A stretch of DNA of 60,683 nt, filler included, from Platydemus manokwari (lineage: Eukaryota), in the NCBI GenBank assembly GCA_037951405.1. It is 6 parts of 6 records of this genome, joined end to end, with 100 filler letters (N's around TTAATTAATTAA, not from the genome) between each part and the next. Parts side by side here need not be neighbours in the genome. Positions count along the whole stretch, not along the records: positions 38,861 to 48,481 come from JBBMOY011224766.1; positions 48,582 to 60,683 come from JBBMOY010301114.1; 4 more parts are not named here. One strand, 5' to 3'. The position numbers were made by a program, and so were the translations under genes. Under the pieces are notes generated by a model. The model searched no databases. It was not told the origin of the DNA and saw only the letters and a program-made list of their open reading frames with translations. Below, one piece after another: positions 43,516 through 54,949 of this stretch; the stretch's first letter is position 1; each line of letters opens with the position of its first letter.

Positions 43516-46500
43516 AATCCCCATCGATACAAAATCACATCATGAAATTGAACAGATATATTTTCCATGAATTCATGAATTTATAATTCTCTTCAAATCT
43601 CTCACGAAAGCATTCAAAGTTAAGGATAGTTAATAGATCATTTATAAAAGCACAATTATCAGTTTGTAGTTACAGTGTTCCAAATTTTTATGAAATAAAT
43701 AATTATAATTATATTATTACTATTAATAATAAACTAATAAATAATAATAATTGACAGGACAATTTAAAAATTCAAATAATTTGTCATAAACCAACAATAT
43801 TGATTAATTTACGGGTGTCTAATGGGTATGGTAACATGGAACCAATGTGCATTAACATCATGTGATTAACAAAAAGCAAGATGTTCCGTGAATTTCCTGT
43901 GGTAAATCTATGCAGAAATTTTGAAGTGGCATAATTGAAGTTAACAGGCGCAAACGAAATTGATAAGGAAAGATTTATGTAATGGATACAGAAATGAATG
44001 GAATACTAATTATAATTTGATTATGAGTTTGATTATGAGTTTCACCTATAATCAAATGAGTAAATACAGATCATACTCACAGAACAAATGCCTATAAAAT
44101 TATTGGTATATCATCATATATATTTTCCTAGCAACATAATTAATGTGCTATATGGGGGACACCTATGTAGCTAAAATTTATTTTTGTAAATTGTTTGTTT
44201 CATTAAAATAGGTTAATGAGTTGAGGTTAATATCGATTACTACTTTGAAATAATATGAAAAATTTTAAAAATCATATTATATTATATAAAAATAGATTAT
44301 TCAGTTCATTAAATGAGAATCGCGCTAAATTTAATTTTCATTTCCTAAATACCGATTTGATTCGAATAATAAAAGGGCACAAAATATTAATTATTTCCCT
44401 TCAAGGGCCATAAAATCTTTGAGACAAGTGATAAATGTAAATAAATTTCACGAGTTTTCTGTGTGCGAAATATTTATAATTTTAGATTCATCAAATGCTT
44501 TTAAACATATATAAGTGTGTGTGTCTCTGAATGTGTGTGTTTGTCAACAACTTATCTCTTATTACAGTCAAGATATCGCATAATTTCTGAGAATTTTTAA
44601 AGTTTTGATTTCAGCATCTTGTCGTTTAGTTGGAGAACATTGAGGGGTTTATTTGCTGCATTAATAATTTCGCTGGGCTTTTTAGGAGATTGCTATTGCC
44701 ATGCGTATTCATTCAAATCAAAAATCATTCGATTAATCACTACAGACGTATCGGAAATATTTAAGGATAAGGCTCACAGAACACCACAATGATCACTTTA
44801 AAACTATTTATAACCAGAAAAATTATTTTTCTTAACATCATGCTTGGATCATTATTTATATTTCTATTGATAGCAATTACGGGCGTCAAAGAGAATATTT
44901 ACTGTCTGTCTAACTCGACATCCACTGACTAAAACCAAAACCAAATCAGTTTCATTATGAATTAATTTCTTTATGCTGTATTGGGAGCCTTTTCGTTGGC
45001 TCTTTCATTCTGGTATTAAGCTCTATTATTGACATTTCATATAAATTATTATTATTGATTATCATTATTTATAATTGAATTGTTATTATTATCATAAATA
45101 AATAATCAGTAAATCAATATAATCACATATAATTCTATCGAGCGTACACAAATCAAATAAGATCTATAAACATACCAGACACGCTGATCCTTTTTATTTG
45201 TATCGATGCTTTATTCCTGACATTTTTAGATGAAAATTTGATGTGCCTTAAATATTATTTGTAAATCATACAAGTGACATCAAAAGAAACTTTTTGTATG
45301 TTCGTTATCTTGATTCTTCAACAAATTCATCAACAGACATCAATGAATAACACAAAACCGTTACGTATAATGTTTAGATACCTTCTAGATTTTCAAGATT
45401 CCTTTATTGATTGAGCAATCGTTATATTGAAGCAATTGGTGAATTCAAGGTCATTTCAAATTTTGATATTACTTGTTACTACGCAACATAATATTGAAAC
45501 AAACAAATCTAGTTTAGTTATTATTAGATTGTTATGTAGACATGTGTAAAAAGGATATTTAATTATCTTTAAATAAATAAAGCTAAAATTACCTCCAATC
45601 CACTGATTATTGGGTTTCAAACAATAAATGACTAAAACGAAGTTAGATTTATTAAAAATAAATTCAATATTTATAAATTTTTTTGTGAAAGAAATTGCTA
45701 TAAATGTTATAACAGGGGTTTCAAATAAAAATTTTAAATTTGTAAAGTGTATAATAGAAATCTATATAGTTTCTTTAGATAAATTCATGAAAATCATTTT
45801 GAATTTTATATTTAGGTTTTGTTGTTTGAAACCACATATTAAGTATAAAATATATTATTAAAATCTCCTAAAATTTAATTATTTCTAAAATGGATCACTC
45901 GTTCAAATTAAAATTTATTGAAAGCTAAGGAGAACCAAATTTTGGAACGATATTTACACTTTTTATAATAAAGATTTGAAAATAATTTATCCATTTAAAT
46001 ATTCGGTATTTGAATTTTAACTTAAAATAAGGACATTTTGTTTATTCAACAGATCGATCATGTTGAGTATGTTATAAAACCATGCAAATACCGATTTAAA
46101 TCATGAAAATAACCTTCGAACTATCGATATACACATATCCGATAAGTGAAAATCCAATCAGACTCTTATTATATATAAATCCATATTTAAAACTCAATGA
46201 TCGAATGATGTACAACAAACTTCGAAATGTACCAATTATACAAAATATACAGAAAATTTTCAAAGGAACTGATGTGTAAGTGAGCCAATGAAATGAAATG
46301 TGAGTAATTTAGATATGAAATGAACAAGCACGATAAGCCTATAAATGAAGTTGTATTCTCGAGCATTTGCTAGGCTTTATTAATTGATGACTATAATTTG
46401 TTGTAAAATTTGCTGATTTTCCAACAACTAGTTTTATGGTAGTTATATTTGTTGCTACCAAACTTTCGAGCTATGTTTCCGCTACGTATTGATTATGGAC

Positions 46501-47002
46501 TTGCTAGTGTGATTTTGGTCATTTTTTATTTAACAATTAAGTTTTCCGCATAATATTGTGATTCGTATATATTATTTTATCTTTCGGCACAAGAGATATT
46601 AGTGAGTGGTACATACATCCAAAACCCGTGAACACATAAATGAATTGGAAATTTAATCCAAATCAAATGAATCCGTTAAGATACTCCTCAACAATTTTCT
46701 AATTGCTCACTCCAAAAACTAGAAGGCTATGATTTTATTTTCAATCGCGTATTACTCAGTACTACTTATAGCATACATTATTACATTCAACTGAAGAATA
46801 TAAAGAAAACCTCACTTCCAACTGGACGTTTGCTATATTTACATAGATATTTGTATTCAAGATTTCTTTGTAATTTTTGAGTGACGTTTGAATCACACAT
46901 TGTGATGAATTAATGATTGTTACGAGAATAGCATTAACAGTAATTATATTAAAATAATTTTTGCAATGCTGTATAAACCAATATATAATAAACAATATTT
47001 AC

Positions 47003-47722
47003 ATATCGAAGGATTCGGTTTTAAATATCGGCTTTCGAATATCTCAACTTCACAAAAATTTAGTGGTGTTACTTTATTCGTCTTAGTTAAAACTATTGTT
47101 CTGCCAATCTAAATGTATTTCAAATTGAATTTCATGATCACTAATATTTCGAGTAATATTTTTACTGTTTCAGGTAGAGTTATGTTGACAGTTTTGGATG
47201 GTTTCTTCATGTTTCCTTTATAATAAGCAATTTTGAAAAATTTAGATGATTTGTTGTCAAATTTAGTTTGAAGCTCCAAACTTGCATAAAATAATAACTC
47301 GGCTGTCCTAGAAGCTTAAATAGATTTATTAAATGAGTAAAATAAAATGTAAATTTACAAACTGCAACAATCAGTTCTGGCAAAGATTTGAATTAATGAA
47401 ATGTCAGAGATTTTTCAGCACTATGAGCAACCATTTATCTTTAGAATGACTTTCGTAACAAGAATCTAGATAAACATCACAAAAATAATGCATTTTTTTG
47501 ATCTCTTACTATCTTTTGCCTCAGTACGGTAATTACCATCAACAGCATTCGACGAAGACAAATTGAATTTTGGATGCCGTTGAGTATTCAAAGTAAATGT
47601 AGGCTGATTCTTTGACAGAAGTTTACCTAAATGGATAAAATATCAAAATGCTAAAAATCACCTTTATAACCAATTTCAGTGGAATCAACAAAACGAATCA
47701 ACAATAATTTTACAATAAGCAT
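47003..47722 (-). pseudogene. F-type lectin gene copy C, complete FTLD with one 2-nt frameshift; possible decayed downstream exons to about 45.2 kb
   Basis: Five exons give MLIVKLLLIRFVDSTEIGKLLSKNQPT...NAVDGNY...SCYESHSKDKWLLIVLKNL / DISLIQIFARTDCCTSRTAELLFYA...IGRTIVLTKTNKVTPLNFCEVEIFESRYLKPNPSI. A CT dinucleotide is missing at about 47406-47410 relative to copy A, which could be a mutation or an assembly slip. Confidence 0.8.
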
Positions 47723-50017
47723 TTGTAAATGAGATATCAAGTATTGATTAGCACATTTTATGAGGAAAGACAGAAAACTTTTAGCCAATCATAATAAATG
47801 CAAAACTAACATTCGCATTTTTTCTTATATCATGTATTATTAAACAATATCACAATTACTTGTAAGAGATTTTACTGTCTAAAAGTTGATTTTATATTTC
47901 TTGCGACAGTTCGTACCATGGGTAACAATTATTATGGTCATATAAATCAAAAATTTATGAAAACATCTAAATAAACAAATGATTTTTATGAATATTTCCA
48001 ATTATTTAAATTATCTTTCAAAAATAGAGTTTTATTTCCAGTTAGAAAAGTTGCTTAATAAAATATATCAATGAGACAGGTTCAGTGTAAATTTGTTGCT
48101 ATTCAATAAACTTGACATGTTCGGTTATCTTAAAATTCTTTTAATAACCATTACAGTATTTCCATCTTTGATTAAAATAACAAGAAAATTTATTTTTAAA
48201 TATCTCAAAAACTCAAACTAATAAGGCAAATATTTTTGAATTATTTATTTCTATTTTAAATAATCCACAAATTCATCACTATCTTTAATTAACTGTTAAA
48301 TCATTTTTAATAATCCTAAATAAATCATAAATTAATTAAAATTAATTTTTCTAAAAAATAAAATTGCATGTCAAGATGTTAGCCTATATGTTAACTGTTT
48401 GCTATTAGAAAATATTTGATTTATTTAACTTGTCCAGAAAAAAAATAATTAATTAAAACTGAAAAATAAAATTTAGATAATNNNNNNNNNNNNNNNNNNN
48501 NNNNNNNNNNNNNNNNNNNNNNNNNTTAATTAATTAANNNNNNNNNNNNNNNNNNNNNNNNNNNNNNNNNNNNNNNNNNNNAATAAGATAACCCAAATTA
48601 GATAACTTTAATAAGATTAAAATAAAATTTAATTAATAATTTTAAAGGTTGGCAAATTTAATGAATTTTTAAGTTTAAAGCACTTTTAAAATGATAAATA
48701 ATTAAAGAGCAAAGTAACAAAACTGATTAAAAATTGTAAAAGTGATGACAAATCCAAAGTGCAAAGTATCGAATCTCACCATCTATATAAGCTAATGCAT
48801 TTTCATCAAATTCACTCTTATGAAAAAAACTTATTTCGAAAGTATCGTGATAAGAAACTTTGAAGCTTTGACAAGGCAACAAGAAACTCTGAAACTTTAG
48901 GTAATAATATATTCAACAATTAGCAATAATCAAGCTTTAATAATATAATAACCAGCCTTTAATAACAATCGATAACAATAATATTTAAATTAAGTTAATT
49001 AACTGCTGTTCTAAAGGATCACCTCTTTGGACCCTGTGTTATAAAATTTATATAAAAATTGTATGAACTCAAAACACAAGTCCTCAGGTATCGGTTGAGA
49101 TAATTCATTTGCTGCAGTAAAATTGATTGAATTAAATTTATTTGAGTTAATTTATTATGTACAACTTGTGTGTAATATTATAAATAAATATTTGCATTAA
49201 ATTTTTGAGTGATTATTTTTATAGTTAATACATAATATTACATTCTTACAGAACTCACGCCGTTGAGTTGCAGATAATAAACATCAATAAAAACATCAAA
49301 GGCAATCCAACATAATGTTAATTATCGTGACTTTTCATTTCAGATAATCTACTGAGTAACCGTTTCTTATTCCGAAACTGATGCAAGACATCGGTTGTAA
49401 AAATCAATTTTAATATTGCTTAATCTTAATTTGAGTGAAATTGTTTAAACCCCACCAAATGCGTAAGTAATTTATCAATTCATATTTGTCCAAAGAGACA
49501 TCACCGACAAAATATTAATCAGAATATTAACAAACACTCTAATTAACACCGTTCTAGCTTAAATTTAAAATTTACAAAATAAATTTTCAATACATGCAAA
49601 AATTATTGTTAAATATAGGATTGATTCCAATGTTGGTCATTTTGAATTTTAAAAATACTCAAAAAGTTTCTTAATTAATCGCTTCATTCAAAAAACTTTT
49701 CATTACCATTATCAATCGAGAATTTTATTTAATAATATTTTTTCGAAATTTTGACAAATTACAATGTCTTACTTTCGATTTTTATGAGATTTTAGAAGTC
49801 TAATTTATAAATGTTAAAATATTGATTATTTTTGTAATAAAAAACGAAAAACTAACTAGATAATATAACTAATTACAGTAATGCATAAAATATTTTAATA
49901 ATTATTTAAGAACGATCGCTTATTGTTTATATGTCTTATTGTTTAATTTTAAAGTCGAAGTTCACTTAATTGTTAAAACAATTTTTAATACAAATGCATT
50001 GATAAGTAAATGAAAAA

Positions 50018-50802
50018 ATGCCAATCTATTTAGCATTAATTTCATATGAAGGTAAAATTATTTGTCAACATTCTTTACTTCTCTGTAATATCAATACATT
50101 TATCAATGAATTAAATCACAAAATTTCATGGAAAACAGAATACTTAACTCTTGTTTCTGATGCATTTTTTATTCACTATCATAATCAGAAACGATTAGTG
50201 TTCCTTTGTTTAACAGATCCAGTATGAAATTTAATATTGTAATAAATTGAAAATGAATTGCAGGATTTCGACAGATCGAAAAGTTTTTTGTTTCTCAATT
50301 ATTTGCATGAGAAAATAAAAAAGGTAAAAACCAAAGATATTCAATCATGGTTCAATCCACGGATCAAGATCGTATTCAATCGAATTTTAATTAACGCAGT
50401 CTGTAAATTTAACAGTAATAAGTTGCCAAAATCAGTTCAGAAAATCGATCTTATGGATAAAGGCATTCGATATTTAAGTTGGTTTGATTATGATAGTACA
50501 GATTATCTTAAAATTCCTTCATCATTTTAAGGCGAATTAAAATTAAGTGAGCCAAATATAACCAGTGATGATCAGATTCATTATAAAGTGCAAAATAATA
50601 TTTGGTTTTTTAATATTATTTTGATTCTAATGATTTTCAGGTTACAATTAAAAATGAAAGCACACCATTGCTCAAGACGAAATCAAAGAGTTTTTGCCGT
50701 CGATATGTTGGATTTAAAAAATATTGGACTGTTTTTGGATTTGTTTGTATTGTTTTGATAATTGTAATCGTTTTAATTGTGATATTGAGTATAAACAATT
50801 AG
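50018..50802 (+). CDS. VAMP7: VAMP7-like longin-domain tail-anchored protein, about 211 aa, with a degenerate SNARE motif
   Basis: Exons 50018-50221, 50264-50477, 50532-50587 and 50641-50802 are phase consistent. Longin domain MPIYLALISYEGKIICQH...FFIHY.NQKRLVFLCLTDPDFDRSKSFLFLN aligns by eye with VAMP7 (LFHYICQDRIVYLCITDDDFERSRAFNFLN). C-terminal TM WTVFGFVCIVLIIVIVLIVILSINN* follows a basic stretch. It may be a paralog rather than the ortholog. Confidence 0.78.
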
Positions 50803-52993
50803 ATTATTTTTCAGTGGTTTTGTGATTGAGATTATTGTGGTGGAATTTATTATGAGACTTTAAATAAAAACATTTTATTCTTTTTACATTTATGAAAATA
50901 TTTTTGATTTAATTTTATCGTTTATTATTGATTATGTGATTATGCTCGGTTTCAAAGTACCCTCAATATTATATTGAATTCATTTTGAACTGCATGCTAC
51001 TCATCAATTTGCCGATTTATTAATGCTTATTCCTACTTAAATATAATTTTGAGATTTATTATGTTATCACTTTGTCAAAACTTTCAGTGAAGAGCTCATT
51101 GTTTTTGTATTAATTCATAAATACTCAATTATTTATTATCGAATATTTTATATTAATGACCATAATTGCTTGTTTACAATCTCCTATCCATAGAAAAATA
51201 TTTCTCTCACTGATACGTACGTTAAAAATCACTTTAAAAAATTGTGCTTATGGCTGTTGCGACGAGATTTTAATATTCCATACAAATTCTGACTTAGATA
51301 CGATTTGTTGTTAAATATATTTCGAACAGCTAATGAGACATAAATATTATCTATTGTACTTTTGATAGTGTTATTATATGACGAATATCGATTATCAATA
51401 ATGTGCGCATTTGAATTTCACTGCTCATGGCCAATATGATAATAGTTGTAACTGAATAAGATTAAACTAAAAAACACAAAGTAAAGCATTTTGGTAAATT
51501 CATCACCATCGGATTACACCGATTTGAGTAAATATGAATCTCTTGACATTTTAGTAAGTAAAAATTCAAACCGGATTAATTGTTAAAATTGTCGATATCT
51601 TATTAATCAAAATGTTCTATACATTTTAAACAATATAATATCTAAAATTAAAAAGAATAAACAATGTACATGACTAATTCGATTTGGATATTTACTTGCT
51701 TAAGCTAAGATCCAAATTAGATGAAATTACTATATATATATATAGTAAATAATATTTAATTTTAATTATTTAATAAACTATTCTTCAAGTATTTTATGTA
51801 AAAGCATTGTATATTGAATGTAATTCATACATTACTGTCATCAGAAAAAATTTAATTTATCAAAAGATCTGAAATAAAAAGTGACTATTTTTCCTTGTAT
51901 TTCTAGACAAGTGAAAGTTTCAAACTAATAAAAGAAAGATTGCTTTAATAAACATGCATTTAAAACATAAAGTGCTCAAAATTGTGTAAAAATAAATTTT
52001 AACAACGTTTTTTGGGTGAAAAATAAAATCGAAGCTGGTAGTTATTGTGAAGATGTTTTTACTTGAATTTTACAAATCCTTATATTTAATGCTGAAAAAT
52101 TGTCATTCTTTAAATTGACTGACAATATGATTACGATAATTATATGAAGTGATGAAAGCAAATCATCATAAATTCGTTGTAAATTACCATAGAATATAAG
52201 ATAGCCTTGCGAATAAATTATTTACGAACATATGTATTCAACTTCATAAGCTACAATTTACAATGTTAGACATAATAGTGGAAGGACTTTAAATTTATCT
52301 AAACCTACAATTGTATCATTAAATAATATCAATTATCTTTTCATATTAAATTTATCAATCATTTATTACCCTGGAACACTAGATTATTGATATCGAATAT
52401 ACATAATTAAACAATCAAAATATCTAATATGCGTCATTTGATAATAATATAAGTTTTAAAAATGGAATATGTTACATAAATAAATTACGTTTTATAAAGT
52501 CTTTATTGATGTACATTTCTACCGAATTCTGAAGAATCATATAAATTACTTCGAGTTACAATTATATGCGATTAATCAGTGCAATTTTTAGCTAATATTT
52601 TCCATTAATAAAAAAACAATAAGTCCGGTTTATAAAGTTATGATATATATTTCTTGTTTGTTTAAATTTTGTTGAATATTTAAAATGACACGTCTGTAAT
52701 ATGACTCATATTTTCTCCATTAATAACATTTCGATTCATATGGTAAAATTTAATTCAATGTAAATTTCCCAAAATAAAAAATTTTCGTTTTTTAAATCTC
52801 ATAAAATATCGATTGAACACGAAATAAAACACAATAACCGGATAAAAACAAAGCTTAGATTATAATTTAATAAAATATTCTCAAATTTTCTTGAAAATCA
52901 TTTACAACAATAAACATTTTATTACCATAAATTATTACATAAATTTTATAGAAAAAATACATCTTGATATGATAAAAAAAATTATATATTAAT

Positions 52994-53880
52994 TCACAAA
53001 TCGATTTTGGAAAGTCTCGGACCTTTTTGTTTTTTAGTTTTCGTCTTTTGAGATTCCTTTTTTGAAACTGACTTTTGAATATTTTCCACATTTTCACTAA
53101 AAGGATTTACATAATCAATTTGCTTCTCTATCAAGCCCAACTCTTGTGATGCCTAAATTGGAATTAATACTGAATCAAAATCGATAATTAATTATACTAA
53201 ATTAAATAATTTTTGTTCATGATTAGGAAGCAATGAGGAATGAGTGGAGAATGCGAATGACCAATTGATTAATTGCTTTAAGTCATTAGTTTTTGCCATA
53301 AATGAATGAATGAGATCCGGAAAATACAAAGTCAGATCACAAAATAATGCACTGTTTTCGATACTAACTAGATATGCTAGAAATGTAATAAAAATAATTT
53401 ATTTAGAACTGTATCAAATATTAATAATAGTTTTTGAAATAAATAATAGTTTCTAAACGAGCAAGTTTTTAAATTCAATTTAAACCTTCATGCAATTCTT
53501 TGTCTAGAGGAATATCATCACCTGCAAGTATTGCATTTGTAACTAATAACTCCTGATTTATTTTCAAAATCTAAAATGAAAAATCACAGTAAATATTTTT
53601 TGAACAGACATAGCAACCTGAAAAATCTTTTTTAACATAATAGTGACTAAATCATATTGCTTGACACGAGAAGAATATTTTCGAATAGACTCAATTGCAT
53701 GTTTGTGCATAGCTCGTTTAGTTTCATAAACTTTTTTATCTAAAAAATCATTGAAGTCGAATAGAAAATTAACAAAATATTACCTCCTAAACCATTATCT
53801 TGATGAGACAAATTAATGAAAAAAGTAAAGTATAATAAAATAAGTAAAGACCAAAATCTTATTATTTTGAAATGATTCAT
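52994..53880 (-). CDS. CCDC134: Coiled-coil domain-containing protein 134 (ER-luminal), 213 aa, five exons
   Basis: Exons 53880-53784, 53739-53618, 53570-53486, 53376-53198 and 53152-52994 sum to 642 nt with consistent phases. Signal peptide, then KQYDLVTIMLKKIF, ENSALFCDLTLYFPD, LINWSFAF, LASQELGLIEK..DYVNPF and KGPRLSKIDL*, matching CCDC134 (ENTAFFGDVVLRFP, LMAQELGISEK, NPF, KGPRIS..SEL). Confidence 0.92.
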
Positions 53881-54949
53881 TATTTTCGATTAATTAAACA
53901 ACGTATAGTAAAATAATCTCTTATGAGTTAAAAAGTAAGAATAAAATATACTTGAATTTTTTATTGACAAAAAAAAGTTGGTTAGAAATAAATATTAATA
54001 ATTTGTTAATGAACAAAGTTTTAATTAACATTTTTATGAATACTTATCATTCTGACAATTTTTCTGATAAAACAAAATGAAATAATAATAGTTGAAATAA
54101 TATTGTTGACTATATTTATACTTATGATTAGTAACTTATAGGCAGGTTTAGTAATCTAGCTGATGTCACAATAAATTTCAACACACCTTAAAGATTTTGA
54201 AGTATATATTTTAAAAGATTATTTATTATGACATCGAAAATTCTGATCCTTTTGGCGGGTTATTTTATTAATTACAATTATGTATTTACCGAAAGTAATT
54301 AATTAATGTATTAATTGTTAATTTCCCGAAAATTTTAAGTTCATGAGTTTAGTTAAAGATTATATTGATCCTAAATTCACTGCAATTTGTTCTTGAGTAT
54401 GTCAAATTATTCATGAGAAATTATTTGTTATGAACTTTCATTGAAATCGAATTCAAGCCTTTCAAAAATTAGTGAGTGGTGATTGTTTCCGATGTCAATT
54501 TATAAATTTATTGATGCTAGATACTTTGTACTGAGGATCATCCAGTAAAATTTAATATTTTCGGTAATGTGTACCTTAATTATTATGGAATATTTAAAAG
54601 TTAATGGCACTTAAAATTTTAGAATGAGATAATGGTGAATTAGAAATTGTTTATTACTTGAACTTTATTAATTTTCCTTATTGATATTCTTTCTTGGGTG
54701 TTTTCCTATTATTTATATTTATATTTTATATTAATTTTTTAGTAAAATTCTTTCTTTATTTAGAATTTTCATTATATAAATAATAATACTATACATTAAT
54801 TTATAGTCTTTTTTAATAACAAACCAAATTTTTTACAATACCAAAATCATCAAATATTGTAAGTCGTTGTTAATAAATTACAAAGTTATGAGAGAAATAA
54901 ATCATATAATTATAAGTCAAGAATCGCAAAAAATATTGTCAATTTTATT

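Noticed and set aside
51000-52750. Dense GT/AG signals suggesting another minus-strand multi-exon gene
   Set aside because: No phase-consistent open exon chain or recognisable product could be built.
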